A stretch of 64,000 nt of DNA from a virus. The notes beneath the pieces were generated by a model. The model was not told where the DNA came from and did no database searches. It saw only the letters and a program-made list of their open reading frames with translations. Numbering within the stretch: the stretch's first letter is position 1; each line of letters starts with the position of its first letter. The position numbers were made by a program, and so were the translations under genes. Positions 43,691 to 53,961 of the stretch are shown one piece after another. The stretch spans positions 41,562 through 105,561 of IMG/VR virus record IMGVR_UViG_3300045988_157190; one strand, written 5' to 3'.

Positions 43691-45334
43691 ATGGCTACAT
43701 CGTATATTTTTGGTAATAAACAAATAACCTTACCGGGTGCGTATAGTCGGATCGTATCTGGAGAAACAAGCCCAGCCAGAACATTAGATTATTCAAAGGT
43801 TTTGGTCATAGATAGTGGCGTTTATGGTGCAAATTGGGGTGGTGGTTCTGGTATAGATGGAGAAAACTTTCAAGGATTGGATTCTGTCTATACGTTTGAC
43901 ACCCTTGCAGAGTTCCGTTCTTTTGTAAAGGGAGGCATGTTCTGGAAGATTGCAGAAGGCCTTTTTACACCGGATTATACAAACCCGGCTTCTACAGGTA
44001 TCTCTCAACTTTTGTATGTAAGGGCAGCTAAGACTACTTCTGCAACTATTACTTTTGCTACTACAGCAGGTGGCACGTTTGAAGTAAAGACACTGGATGA
44101 AGGTTTGGGAGCAAATGGCAAACTTTCCGAAGCTGGTAATTTGATTACCGGTTATGGTGTATCCATTGTGAAAGGCGTAGACGATCCGGCAAAATGGATC
44201 ATGAAATTCTATGTCGGTTCTTTTACAGGATACGCAGAAGATGATTACCCTATTGGAGAAACGCCGGAAGATCAAGCAGCACCTACATTGGTATTGCAGT
44301 CACCGGAATTTGACAATATTGGAACTTTGCTTGAATGGGCTAAATCCGATTCCAATTTTGCTAACCTGTTTGTATTGACAGAAAACGCGGAAGTACAAGG
44401 AGAAGGAACGGTATCTGAGAGTGACGTTACTACTGCACTGGCTGGGAAATCCTATTTCTTGGCAAAGGGCGGTACTGAAACTTACAATACTGACAACATG
44501 GCGAAAGTTATGGAAGCAATTACAGGTTTGGACTATAGCTTTGCTCTTATGGATCAGTTCGGTACAAATGCTGATTCCGCATTGCAGAAACAGTACATTG
44601 CTCATATGAATAGTCAAGCTAAGTACACCCACTTCTTGTTTGTGGGAGGTTATGACGATGCCGCCAATTTCTCTAAATCACTTGATTTGGCGAAAGGGTT
44701 CAACAGTGAGTTGGTTCAGTTGGTACATGGTGGTGCAGGTATGACTTCCGGTATTACAGGTATCAAAACACGCTGGTGGGGAGTAATGTATAACTTGTGT
44801 TGTATTTTGGGTAGAACGGCAGGAAAACCGCCTTATATTCCGGTTACAAACAAGACAATCGGTATTGACAAACTGAAGCACACTTTGAACGATACGGAAA
44901 AGACAAAGGCTTTGAATGCCGGTATGCTTGTGACGGTTTACAATGACTATACGAACAACTTTGTTGTATTACAAGGCGTAAATACTTTACAGGACAACAA
45001 AGTGCTCTTCAATTCCAACGGTCAGAGCCACAGTATTCAGTTTATGCGTATCGTTGCCCAAATCAACAAGGAATTGGTTGTAAACGCTTCTATTGACTTG
45101 TTGGGACAGGAAAACGGTGTAAACGTCAATACATTGTCTGCCGGTGCGGTGAAAGACTGGACGGTTGCTTATTTGCAATCGAGAGTGGCAAATGAGGCAC
45201 AGGATAACCTATTACTTTCATTCAAAGACGTTCTTGTTACAAGACAGGAAGATGCTTGGTTTGTAACCTACAAGATCGTTGTTAACAATGAAATCAACAA
45301 GTTGTTCTTCACAGGCTTCTTAATTCGTGGATAA
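43691..45334 (+). CDS. tail sheath protein
   Basis: 547 aa, directly upstream of a 160-aa tube-like protein, chaperones, tape measure and baseplate genes (the canonical contractile-tail order). No database confirmation. Confidence 0.6.
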   Translation: MATSYIFGNKQITLPGAYSRIVSGETSPARTLDYSKVLVIDSGVYGANWGGGSGIDGENFQGLDSVYTFDTLAEFRSFVKGGMFWKIAEGLFTPDYTNPASTGISQLLYVRAAKTTSATITFATTAGGTFEVKTLDEGLGANGKLSEAGNLITGYGVSIVKGVDDPAKWIMKFYVGSFTGYAEDDYPIGETPEDQAAPTLVLQSPEFDNIGTLLEWAKSDSNFANLFVLTENAEVQGEGTVSESDVTTALAGKSYFLAKGGTETYNTDNMAKVMEAITGLDYSFALMDQFGTNADSALQKQYIAHMNSQAKYTHFLFVGGYDDAANFSKSLDLAKGFNSELVQLVHGGAGMTSGITGIKTRWWGVMYNLCCILGRTAGKPPYIPVTNKTIGIDKLKHTLNDTEKTKALNAGMLVTVYNDYTNNFVVLQGVNTLQDNKVLFNSNGQSHSIQFMRIVAQINKELVVNASIDLLGQENGVNVNTLSAGAVKDWTVAYLQSRVANEAQDNLLLSFKDVLVTRQEDAWFVTYKIVVNNEINKLFFTGFLIRG

Positions 45335-45355
45335 TAATTCTAAAACATAGATATT

Positions 45356-45838
45356 ATGCAGACATTCAGTGCACCTATGGCATATATCAAGATCGGCAAC
45401 GAAACAGCCGGTTTTGTTAGAAATATAACTGTACAGGAACAAATTAACCGTGTGGATGTACAGGGATTGGGTAGTTTGCCTATTCAGGAAATCCCGCCGG
45501 TTTCTTACAGATGTTCGGCAACGGTAGATCAGTTCTTCTTGTCTTTCAAAGCTCCGGTGGTGGAAGCGATGATTCACCGTCTGGGGACTTTGCAGGAAGT
45601 TTTGGATACCCTTACATTTGCAGAGCAAGGATTCTCTATCATGATCTATAAGAAATTGGTACAGAACTTTGATGATGCCCGTAAGATGGTGACGCAGGTT
45701 GATCCGACAGGGCAGACGGTTGCTCTTTTAACTCCGTGTTTCATTGAAAATCAGAATTGGCAGTTGCAAGAGCAATCAGTTGCTTCCTATAATGTCAATA
45801 TTAGGTATCTTAACCCCGTCGTAACTGCCGAATATTGA
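45356..45838 (+). CDS. tail tube protein
   Basis: 160 aa immediately after the sheath gene. Called on size and position. Confidence 0.55.
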   Translation: MQTFSAPMAYIKIGNETAGFVRNITVQEQINRVDVQGLGSLPIQEIPPVSYRCSATVDQFFLSFKAPVVEAMIHRLGTLQEVLDTLTFAEQGFSIMIYKKLVQNFDDARKMVTQVDPTGQTVALLTPCFIENQNWQLQEQSVASYNVNIRYLNPVVTAEY

Positions 45839-45867
45839 GGCAATTAGATTTTATTAACGTCATTTTT

Positions 45868-45910
45868 AAAGGTAAGAATTGAAGATGTTATATCTAAAGT
45901 TCTTACCTTT
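45868..45910 (+). terminator. hairpin after the tube gene
   Basis: aaaggtaagaa (45868-45878) / ttcttaccttt (45900-45910) form a perfect 11-bp stem with a 21-nt loop. Confidence 0.5.
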
Positions 45911-45997
45911 GTTGTGTATAACAATAAATGCCCATACAAAGATTGCAGTCAATGTATGGGCAGATTTCGATAAATTGAACTTAAATTGGTTTTGGTT

Positions 45998-47065
45998 ATG
46001 AAAGCTAATTTTGACAAAGGTACAAAAATTTGCTCTAAGTGCAAGAGAGAACTCCCTATTGAGAATTTTCAAAAGAACAGCTATTCTTCTGATGGATTTA
46101 CTTGTAGATGTAAAGAATGTCTTTCTCATAAAAATATGACAGATGAGGAAAAGGAAAGAAGAAAGCAAATCCATAAAAAATATCGTTTGTCTGAAAAAGG
46201 AGAAGAAAGTAGGAAAAGACAGAATGAGCGAAAGAGAAATGATCCTGAATATAAAGAGAAAAATAGGCAAAAATCACACGAGTATTATCATAAAAACTTG
46301 GCACATCCAAAGAAATTAAAAGAAATTGAAATAGACGAAAATGGAAATGAAGTTTTTGAATGTACTACTTGTAGAAGAAAACTTCCTATAGAGATGTTCC
46401 CAAAAGACAATACCAATAGACTTGGTATTCATTTTTCATGTAAAGATTGCTATAACGCTTATCGTAGAGAAAAATCGCATACAGAAGAATATAGAGAGAA
46501 AAACAGAAAAAAGATGGCAAAATTTAGAAATTCAGAAAAAGGGAAAGAATATTTTTCTGAATACAGAAAATCGGAATCATTTAAACAATCTTCAAAAAAA
46601 TATAGAGAATCTGAACATGGAAAGGAAACAAAAAGACAATATAGAAAGAGGCTTTGGAATGAAAGTCCTGAATATAAATTAGAGACTGCTTTAAGAAATA
46701 GAGTTAGATTAGCGATAAAAAATGGCTCTAAAGCTGCTTCTACTATAGAACTTGTTGGATGCTCTGTCCAAGATTTAAAAAAACACATTGAATCACAATT
46801 TTGTGAAGGTATGAGCTGGGATAATTATAATCATAAAACTTGGCACATTGATCATATAGTTCCTTGTTCTGCTTTTGATTTAACGAACCCAATCCACCAA
46901 AGAGTTTGCTTTAATTGGATGAATTTACAGCCTTTGTGGAGTAAGTTAAATATAAAGAAAAAAGATAGATTAACAGAAGGGTCGCAGGAATTAGTAGATT
47001 TTATAAGAGACGAATTAGGGATTAAAGAAGAAATCGTTTTAAAGGATGTTGAAAAGAATAGATAA
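45998..47065 (+). CDS. HNH homing-type endonuclease with N-terminal Cys4 fingers and basic repeats
   Basis: KTWHIDHIVPCSAFDL ... NLQPLWSKLNIKKKD is an HNH signature. Two C..C ... LPIE.F ... C..C units and repeated (E/K)Y(R/K)EKNR-like segments are present. Trimmed to the ATG (MKANFDKG). Confidence 0.8.
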   Translation: MKANFDKGTKICSKCKRELPIENFQKNSYSSDGFTCRCKECLSHKNMTDEEKERRKQIHKKYRLSEKGEESRKRQNERKRNDPEYKEKNRQKSHEYYHKNLAHPKKLKEIEIDENGNEVFECTTCRRKLPIEMFPKDNTNRLGIHFSCKDCYNAYRREKSHTEEYREKNRKKMAKFRNSEKGKEYFSEYRKSESFKQSSKKYRESEHGKETKRQYRKRLWNESPEYKLETALRNRVRLAIKNGSKAASTIELVGCSVQDLKKHIESQFCEGMSWDNYNHKTWHIDHIVPCSAFDLTNPIHQRVCFNWMNLQPLWSKLNIKKKDRLTEGSQELVDFIRDELGIKEEIVLKDVEKNR

Positions 47066-47072
47066 TCTTTTC

Positions 47073-47100
47073 AGAAAGCAGGACAAAAGTTCTGCTTTCT
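47073..47100 (+). terminator. hairpin after the HNH gene
   Basis: agaaagcag / ctgctttct form a perfect 9-bp stem. Confidence 0.5.
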
Positions 47101-47112
47101 CTGCTTTATTAC

Positions 47113-47120
47113 TATCTTTG
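47113..47120 (+). promoter_or_regulatory. -7 box candidate TATCTTTG
   Basis: Matches TAnnTTTG. Lies 32 nt upstream of the ATG at 47153. Confidence 0.4.
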
Positions 47121-47152
47121 CATATATCAACAAATTAATCATAAAACAAAGT

Positions 47153-47491
47153 ATGAGTACGAAAGAAATTACAGTAAAAGGAAGAAAGTACGAAATTCAA
47201 TTTCCTAATGTAGGGCAGTATTACCAGATCGAAGTAAACAAGCAGAGATTGGGAAAAGGAAGTTATAACTCGTTGATTGGCAATCCTACCATTACGGCAC
47301 AGCGTGCTTTGGACATGATTGATGTTGAAGCAACATTATCCGTTCTTTGCCCGCAGTTGGTGGCGGATTTGAAGGTAAAAAGTTTCTCGGAACTTGGACT
47401 GAAAGATTTTAAGGAAATCAGCGATATTTATATGAACGAGGTGTTTCCTTTCTTGAAAGAGGCTGAAAAAATACTTTCTTCTGTGGACTGA
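47153..47491 (+). CDS. tail assembly chaperone (gpG/E-like)
   Basis: 112 aa, located between the tube and tape measure genes. Confidence 0.55.
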   Translation: MSTKEITVKGRKYEIQFPNVGQYYQIEVNKQRLGKGSYNSLIGNPTITAQRALDMIDVEATLSVLCPQLVADLKVKSFSELGLKDFKEISDIYMNEVFPFLKEAEKILSSVD

Positions 47492-47841
47492 TGAACCGGG
47501 AAGAATATAGGAATTTCGTCATAAAATGGGATAACACTTTTCCTATTGACAGGTGGTTTAGGAACAGGCACAATATCCCTTTCCTTTCGGAAGATCATAA
47601 GAAGTGTGATTTTTTTGCTGAACTTATGGAGTTCGAAGAAGAAAAGGCATTTTATGAACTTAGTCAAGAAAAGAAAGAAAAAGAGGAAAGAGCACAAGAA
47701 TATATTCCCAATATCGGAGATTGGTTAAAAGCACCGGAAGGGGAAATTTCGGAACAAGATACCGCCTTCTATGAAGATCAGATGTTTAAAATGATCGAGA
47801 TGGAACAGAAGGCAAAAGAAAATAAAGAGAAAGATGGCTGA
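47491..47841 (+). CDS. tail assembly chaperone extension (gpT/E'-like), in the -1 frame relative to 47153..47491
   Basis: The -1 frame is open from 47467 into this ORF. An A6 run lies at 47466-47471. Confidence 0.5.
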   Translation: MNREEYRNFVIKWDNTFPIDRWFRNRHNIPFLSEDHKKCDFFAELMEFEEEKAFYELSQEKKEKEERAQEYIPNIGDWLKAPEGEISEQDTAFYEDQMFKMIEMEQKAKENKEKDG

Positions 47842-49954
47842 TAACGAAAAAAGACTTAGGGTGTCGGTGGATGTCTCTCAACTTAGGTCGGTCGGGAGAG
47901 ATGTCGAGAATATGCAGCGAAGAATAGTCGAGAACAACAACGACATTATTCGCCAGCAGAACGATGCTCTTAACCAACTTAGGGAACAATTGAACCTTTT
48001 GGGACAGCAAAATTCCGAAAAGGGCAGACAGACTACAACACCCACACGTCCAGTTGTCCAGCCTACACCGCAACCAGAAGGAGAAGATCAAGAAACTGCA
48101 ACACCTACACGAAGGAGAAGAAAAAAGCAACCGGAAGCGGACATTTCGGGAGAAAGAGGTGAATCCTATCAAGATAGAGGAACAAGAGCTATCGACTTGT
48201 CGGCTTTGCTTGGTGTAAATCAAGAAGGCTTTCGTGATATTGTGGAAGCCATTTCTTCCGGTAATAGTGATTTGTCTGATATAACAAAGCAAATTCTCCA
48301 AAACGTACAAGCAGGAGCACGTGCTTTAGAGGGAATACAAGAAGGTGTCTTTTCTATTGATGAAACTTTGTACAATCAAAGAGGTACTTCTGCGGGTGGA
48401 TCGGGAATACAGCCTATTCCAGTGCCCACACTATCACCAGTGCCCACACTATCACCAGTGCCAGCAAGAGAAGAAACACCTATTACAAGAGAAAGAAGGG
48501 AAAATGTACAAAGAGGAAGTGACAGAAGTACAGCTACTAACATTGCCACAAGAGTGATTTCCGGTGTTGGAGCTACATTTCAAAGTCCTGCTGCTATGGG
48601 CGGAGGCCTTATATCTTCTTTGGGCGGGATTGTGGGTGAAGGTCTTTCTTTGATTCCTGGTGTGGGGGGGATTTTGGGTGGTGTAACTACTGCGGTCGCT
48701 AATGTCATGGCGGGAATTTTCACTACATCTGTTGAAAAGGCTATGGAAGCGCAAAAGAGAACCATACCTTATGCGCAGACAATGGGCGTTTCCGCAGGAC
48801 AAGCCATGCGCACAGCCTTTGGAGAAGGTAGTTATGCTGCTGGTGCTCTTGGAATGAATGTAGGAGAGTATATTCAAAGACGTGCTGCGCTTATCCGTGC
48901 CGCCGGAGGAAAAGAGGGAACAGTTGCGCCCGTACCGGAAACACAAAGTTTGATGGCTGTACAGCGTTTATATGGACTTAGTGATCGTACTGTAATGGGA
49001 ATGCAAGGGGCGATGCGTTTTGCCCGTACAGAGGAAGGACAAACAGCTTCTTCATCTGCTATTATCCGTTCATTTGAGCAGACAATGAAACAGCTTCAAA
49101 TTCCTCTTAGTGAGATTGCCTCTACAATGGATGAAAGTATGACTACCTTTATTCGTTCTGCTGACGATATTCTTTCCCGTACAGGTGAAATAGATGCAGC
49201 AAGCATAGCTTCTATCATGCGTGCTGTTCGTTTGCAGACTGGAATGGAAGGTAGACAATTGGAGCGCGTACAGCAGGCTTTCATGGGACAAGGGATTTCA
49301 CAAGATGATGTAACTCAAACTCTTTTGTTCCGTGCTGCTCAACAGGCTACAGGGGCGATGAATCCTTCCGAGGTTCTTGCTGCTATGGACGATTTATCAA
49401 GAGGCGAAGGGGATAAAAATATAATGAAGCGGTTTCTTGAATCATTAAAGGAGATATCGGGAGGAAGTCTTGAAATGCTTCGTCACTTGATGCGAGGTGC
49501 TTTCACAAATCTTTCTTATACGGACATCAACAAGATAACAGAGCGCAGGGATATTGATTTTGGAGAGTTCTTTGAGAGAATGGAAGAATCCAGGCAGGCA
49601 CTTAGGGGACAGAATGATCCGGTAAACAGATATGAGCCTACTGCGGCCGAAAGAACTGTTACGTCTGGCGAAAAGATGATGTCTACTTATGAAAACAGAA
49701 TGATTGGAATTGGTGAAGCAAATATAGACAGATTGGGTAAGATATTGAATGCCTTGAACGCCATGTACACGGCTACAGCTAATTTCCCTACAGCGTTGGA
49801 AAAATTTATATCAGAAAATAAAGAAAAAATTAAGGATGGTGGCATGGATTTATTATCATCCGCACCATATGGAATTGGCATGATTCCAGCAGCATTATAT
49901 AAGATAGGGTTAAAAGAATTGGTTAAATCTTTAGCTTCGGAGGACAACAAATAA
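47834..49954 (+). CDS. tape measure protein
   Basis: 706 aa with a coiled-coil N terminus, Gly-rich hydrophobic segments (GGLISSLGGIVGEGLSLIPGVGGILGG) and a position after the chaperones. Confidence 0.75.
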   Translation: MADNEKRLRVSVDVSQLRSVGRDVENMQRRIVENNNDIIRQQNDALNQLREQLNLLGQQNSEKGRQTTTPTRPVVQPTPQPEGEDQETATPTRRRRKKQPEADISGERGESYQDRGTRAIDLSALLGVNQEGFRDIVEAISSGNSDLSDITKQILQNVQAGARALEGIQEGVFSIDETLYNQRGTSAGGSGIQPIPVPTLSPVPTLSPVPAREETPITRERRENVQRGSDRSTATNIATRVISGVGATFQSPAAMGGGLISSLGGIVGEGLSLIPGVGGILGGVTTAVANVMAGIFTTSVEKAMEAQKRTIPYAQTMGVSAGQAMRTAFGEGSYAAGALGMNVGEYIQRRAALIRAAGGKEGTVAPVPETQSLMAVQRLYGLSDRTVMGMQGAMRFARTEEGQTASSSAIIRSFEQTMKQLQIPLSEIASTMDESMTTFIRSADDILSRTGEIDAASIASIMRAVRLQTGMEGRQLERVQQAFMGQGISQDDVTQTLLFRAAQQATGAMNPSEVLAAMDDLSRGEGDKNIMKRFLESLKEISGGSLEMLRHLMRGAFTNLSYTDINKITERRDIDFGEFFERMEESRQALRGQNDPVNRYEPTAAERTVTSGEKMMSTYENRMIGIGEANIDRLGKILNALNAMYTATANFPTALEKFISENKEKIKDGGMDLLSSAPYGIGMIPAALYKIGLKELVKSLASEDNK

Positions 49955-52113
49955 TGGCAGAAAAAGATAACAATAAAACAAGCATACCGCCAATATACCC
50001 ACTTCCGGCGTATAGGTATTCTACTATACAGGATTTTATTGATATATGGCAAAAGGCTATCCCTACTGGGAAGAAAAAATATACCCCGTCTGATTTATTG
50101 AAAGTAAAGAACGAAAAAGGGGTTTCCAATCTTGATATTATTTGGGGGACTTATGACAAAGAGGAACAAGTCAAATACAAAAGCGATTATGATTCCGGTA
50201 CATTGCCTTATGTAAAGCAAGGGACAACTTTGTTCTGCCCAAAAGATGATACGCCATTGTCCCTTACAAAAGCTGCAAAAGAAGGACAATTTGTATCACA
50301 AGGAAGTTTCAAGGCTTATTGGGGAGAAAACTATGAAAGCCTGATAAGTGATGAAGAATATTTGCCCGATACAAGTGTAACTTCCTCACTCAAAGGGACA
50401 GGAATAAATGCTAAGATAATCTCTATGAATGTAAGGGTATGGGTATATATTAAGGCTTTGGATAAGGTTATGGACTTATCCCCTTACGTTTTGCAGGTAG
50501 TAACGACAAAATCAAAACAGACGGGAGAATTTACCGTTTTGCTATCTCCTTTCTATGCCAATGAAAGTTCTTTTGCTTTTGGAGAATCTATTGTAGAACA
50601 GTTTAATCTTGTTTCCAATGAGGGAGCACAAGTCAAGTCTTTTCAAGAAAAGTTTATCCAGAATAATGATATAGTCTTTATCCGGTTCGAACGTTTGAAA
50701 AAGGAAAAATTAACGGGAGATTTAGATTTAGGAAAGCAGGTTAACTTGGAAATTCCTGTTTCTAAAATAGCCAAAAATAATATTTGGGATATGATAGGAT
50801 TTGTAGATACCTGTACATCTTCTTTTGAAGCACAAGGAAACATAAAATCTATCACGATAGAAGGAAGAGACATAAGCAAACTCTTTATGGAGGACGGGTG
50901 CTATTTCATTCCTTTATTGAACGCTACTGATACGTTTTCCCATTGGTATGAGATGAGCGAGGATAGTATTTGGTTTAAAAGGAATGTTCTTACAGGAGCT
51001 TTTTCAAATCTTTTGTGGTCATACGCAGAAAAGCCTATACGGGAGTGTCTATGGTTTATTGTAAACGTCATGTCAACAATAGGAATAGCCAAAAATAGTG
51101 TATTTGATTCCTGGCAAGACAAAAGAACAGAAGGGTATGATATTGGAGCAAAGGAAAAACGTCCTGTTAATGGCGTTTGGCAGATAGTGAAAGTATTTGT
51201 AGAGGATATTCTTGAAAAAAGAGTTCTTATCGATTCTTCTATTGCCAATCCGAACGGCACGTTATTGGAGTATATGACAAGGGTATGTCAGTTTCCTTTG
51301 GTGGAATTTTACTTTGACACCTATATTAATACGATAGATATAGTTGTAAGACAGCCTCCATTCAATAAGGATGCTATTTTGGGAGCTTATAAGAACGGGC
51401 AGTATGTGACGATTACTTCTGGCAATTTACAAGGATATGATTTGTCTTATGATACAAGAAGTTATTCTTGGTATCAGTTAAGAGTGATGGATAATCATGC
51501 TGGACAAAGGAACACAACAAGTCTTGCTTTTGTTCCTATTGTATATTTGAACGATTACGCAGAAGTGTTTGGTAACAAGAAGATGTCTTTCACCGACCAA
51601 TATTTGAATTACAATGAGGTAGAAGGGATAAATAAGACACGGACGCTTTCTAATTTTCAGGCGGCAGCATTAAACGATCTTATATACATTATAGAATCAA
51701 CAGCTTATCTTCCTTTCACGAGAACAGGTACTATTACGATAAATGGGGATAGAAGAATAAAGGTTGGTACATTTATTTACTTTGAACCGACAAATGAATT
51801 TTTTTATGTATCCTCTGTTGTCAATAATGTTTCTTTCTTGGATGGGAATTTGCAAAGACAGACTATTATGCAAGTGGAAAGAGGTATGTACGTTCCTATT
51901 CTTTCCAATTCTTTCTCTTCTGTAAAGAATAGACAGGATAACGCAGGGGAAGAAAGTAAGGATGTGAAACCGGATTATTTCAAATTGGTTGATTTGACTG
52001 AAATGAAAAATGCAGTCAAAGTAGCTCAAAAAGATCAGATCGCTACGCTTGTTTCTCCAAAGGTGGAGAGGGATCAATTTGAATATTTTCTTAATCGTAA
52101 GATGTTTAGTTGA
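49954..52113 (+). CDS. tail/baseplate-associated protein (hub or distal-tail candidate)
   Basis: 719 aa immediately after the tape measure gene (ATGG overlap). Confidence 0.55.
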   Translation: MAEKDNNKTSIPPIYPLPAYRYSTIQDFIDIWQKAIPTGKKKYTPSDLLKVKNEKGVSNLDIIWGTYDKEEQVKYKSDYDSGTLPYVKQGTTLFCPKDDTPLSLTKAAKEGQFVSQGSFKAYWGENYESLISDEEYLPDTSVTSSLKGTGINAKIISMNVRVWVYIKALDKVMDLSPYVLQVVTTKSKQTGEFTVLLSPFYANESSFAFGESIVEQFNLVSNEGAQVKSFQEKFIQNNDIVFIRFERLKKEKLTGDLDLGKQVNLEIPVSKIAKNNIWDMIGFVDTCTSSFEAQGNIKSITIEGRDISKLFMEDGCYFIPLLNATDTFSHWYEMSEDSIWFKRNVLTGAFSNLLWSYAEKPIRECLWFIVNVMSTIGIAKNSVFDSWQDKRTEGYDIGAKEKRPVNGVWQIVKVFVEDILEKRVLIDSSIANPNGTLLEYMTRVCQFPLVEFYFDTYINTIDIVVRQPPFNKDAILGAYKNGQYVTITSGNLQGYDLSYDTRSYSWYQLRVMDNHAGQRNTTSLAFVPIVYLNDYAEVFGNKKMSFTDQYLNYNEVEGINKTRTLSNFQAAALNDLIYIIESTAYLPFTRTGTITINGDRRIKVGTFIYFEPTNEFFYVSSVVNNVSFLDGNLQRQTIMQVERGMYVPILSNSFSSVKNRQDNAGEESKDVKPDYFKLVDLTEMKNAVKVAQKDQIATLVSPKVERDQFEYFLNRKMFS

Positions 52114-53126
52114 GTATGGCAGGTGGAAAAGTAAGAAAATTGAATGCGTCCCCCGAAGCAATTTCATTCGGGTTCATTGTTGTTCCCAATGGAGTGGACA
52201 GGGATTTGTATGTGGAAACTTGTTTAAGAAGAGGTCGTGTTTCTGTCATGGGAAATGGGGGAGCTTTCTTTCGGGATATTTATATAACAAATGAAGTTTT
52301 GGCTAATATTGAGTTCCCGGAGAAAGAAAATGAACAAGGGTCGGCTGTAGTGATAGCGAGCAACCCGTATGACGGTGTTCCTATTGTGATAGGGAGCTAT
52401 CCGAGAAATGATCAGTCTCCTATGTGGAAAGAGAATACATTCCAGTTCAGAAAGACAGTAGGGAATGTGACTGCATCCTTATCGGTTGATCCGGCTAACA
52501 ATGCAGTAATTGTTTCAATTAATTCTCCCGAAAAAGCATCCGTAAAGGTTCTTGCTACAGGATCAGAAGAATCGGAGGTAATTGTTGAATCCACTGGAAG
52601 CGTGAATGTGACCGGAGGAACAAATGTTTCCGTAAAGGGATACACACAGATAGAGGCAAAGGTTGTGAATCCAGAAAAACCGGAAGAAGAGGAAAGAAAA
52701 ATCTCTATGGATTTGGAAAAGGTTTATTTTCATTGGAAAACGGAGGAAATGGAACAATCTTTACAGGTGAACAATAACGGTGTATCGGTAAAGATTGGTG
52801 AAGAAGTTCAAAGCACGATAACGAAAGAACAGTTGGATTTGAAAACGGGAGCATCCACATTGAAAATGAATAATGATATTATCGAGTTCAATGGAGGCGG
52901 ACTAAAGGGTCTTGTGGAACTCGATAACCTTACAAGTAAATTGAACACTTTTGTTCAGTCTTTCAATTCTTTTGTAAGCACTTATAATACACATTCTCAT
53001 CCCGTATCAACGGCAGGATCGGCAACAGCACAGACAGGTTCAACTACAGGTATTGTCGGGAGTGCACAAACGGCACAATCATTCAATGCTTCTGATTATG
53101 AGAATGAAAAGATAACACAAGGATAG
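52110..53126 (+). CDS. baseplate central spike-like protein (gpV/gp45-like), tentative
   Basis: 338 aa. The N-terminal half looks OB-fold-like (RGRVSVMGNGG ... GSAVVIASNPYDGVPIVIGSYP). The C terminus has THSHPV. Confidence 0.4.
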   Translation: MSMAGGKVRKLNASPEAISFGFIVVPNGVDRDLYVETCLRRGRVSVMGNGGAFFRDIYITNEVLANIEFPEKENEQGSAVVIASNPYDGVPIVIGSYPRNDQSPMWKENTFQFRKTVGNVTASLSVDPANNAVIVSINSPEKASVKVLATGSEESEVIVESTGSVNVTGGTNVSVKGYTQIEAKVVNPEKPEEEERKISMDLEKVYFHWKTEEMEQSLQVNNNGVSVKIGEEVQSTITKEQLDLKTGASTLKMNNDIIEFNGGGLKGLVELDNLTSKLNTFVQSFNSFVSTYNTHSHPVSTAGSATAQTGSTTGIVGSAQTAQSFNASDYENEKITQG

Positions 53127-53178
53127 GAGAATGTGGGAAAAGTTTGTACTTTTGGGAAACAATTAAATTTTTACAGCC

Positions 53179-53961
53179 GTGGCAGTTTTGGATTCAGTGG
53201 TAAAAACAGCGAAATCGACACTTAAAAATTTGGGTCGCTCCATGATGGCGGCGCAATTCCCAAATGATTTTGAAGTGTATATGTGTTCTTTGGAGTTGGC
53301 AGATTCTAAAGGGAACACAATTGATGTCTTTACTTTCCCTATCAGCCCGGAGAGTATAGATAAGAGTGAACCGAAAAGAACTACGGTAGTCAATACGGCA
53401 GGAGGCATAACGGTACTCACTTCTCCTGTTTTCATGCCGCAGACGATCACGATAAAGGGGAATTTTGGAAGGACATTCAAGATTCTTTTAAGCGGTTCTG
53501 ATAGCGTTTCGTTGACAGGTGCAGCTTTTAGTATCTCGGCAGGAAAGCGTTATCTCTATCAATTACAGGGAAAATCTACAAGTTCTCTCACTATGCCTTC
53601 CTTTGATGCCGGTATTAAAACGGGATATGGTTGTATCAAGATATTACAATCTATCATAGATAAAAGCAATGGAGTGGACGAGAACGGGTTTCCCATGAAA
53701 CTTTTCTTCTATAACATGGCACTTGGAGAAAGCTATCTTGTTACGATTCCACCACGTGGCGTTAATTTCAGTCAGAGCATATCAAAGAATATGATATGGG
53801 AATACAATCTTGAAATGACTGTTATAGCTCCTTTAGAAGCGGTTTCGGGAACAAGTGGTAGTAAAGGTTCGCTTTTGGAAATGTGCGCCTCTAATGTAAT
53901 ACAAAAGGGTATAAATGAATTTGCAAGTTCAATCTCTAAAGGTTTGTTGGGCAATGAATGA
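53179..53961 (+). CDS. hypothetical baseplate protein
   Basis: 260-aa ORF with a GTG start. An alternative ATG is at MMAAQF. Confidence 0.5.
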   Translation: MAVLDSVVKTAKSTLKNLGRSMMAAQFPNDFEVYMCSLELADSKGNTIDVFTFPISPESIDKSEPKRTTVVNTAGGITVLTSPVFMPQTITIKGNFGRTFKILLSGSDSVSLTGAAFSISAGKRYLYQLQGKSTSSLTMPSFDAGIKTGYGCIKILQSIIDKSNGVDENGFPMKLFFYNMALGESYLVTIPPRGVNFSQSISKNMIWEYNLEMTVIAPLEAVSGTSGSKGSLLEMCASNVIQKGINEFASSISKGLLGNE

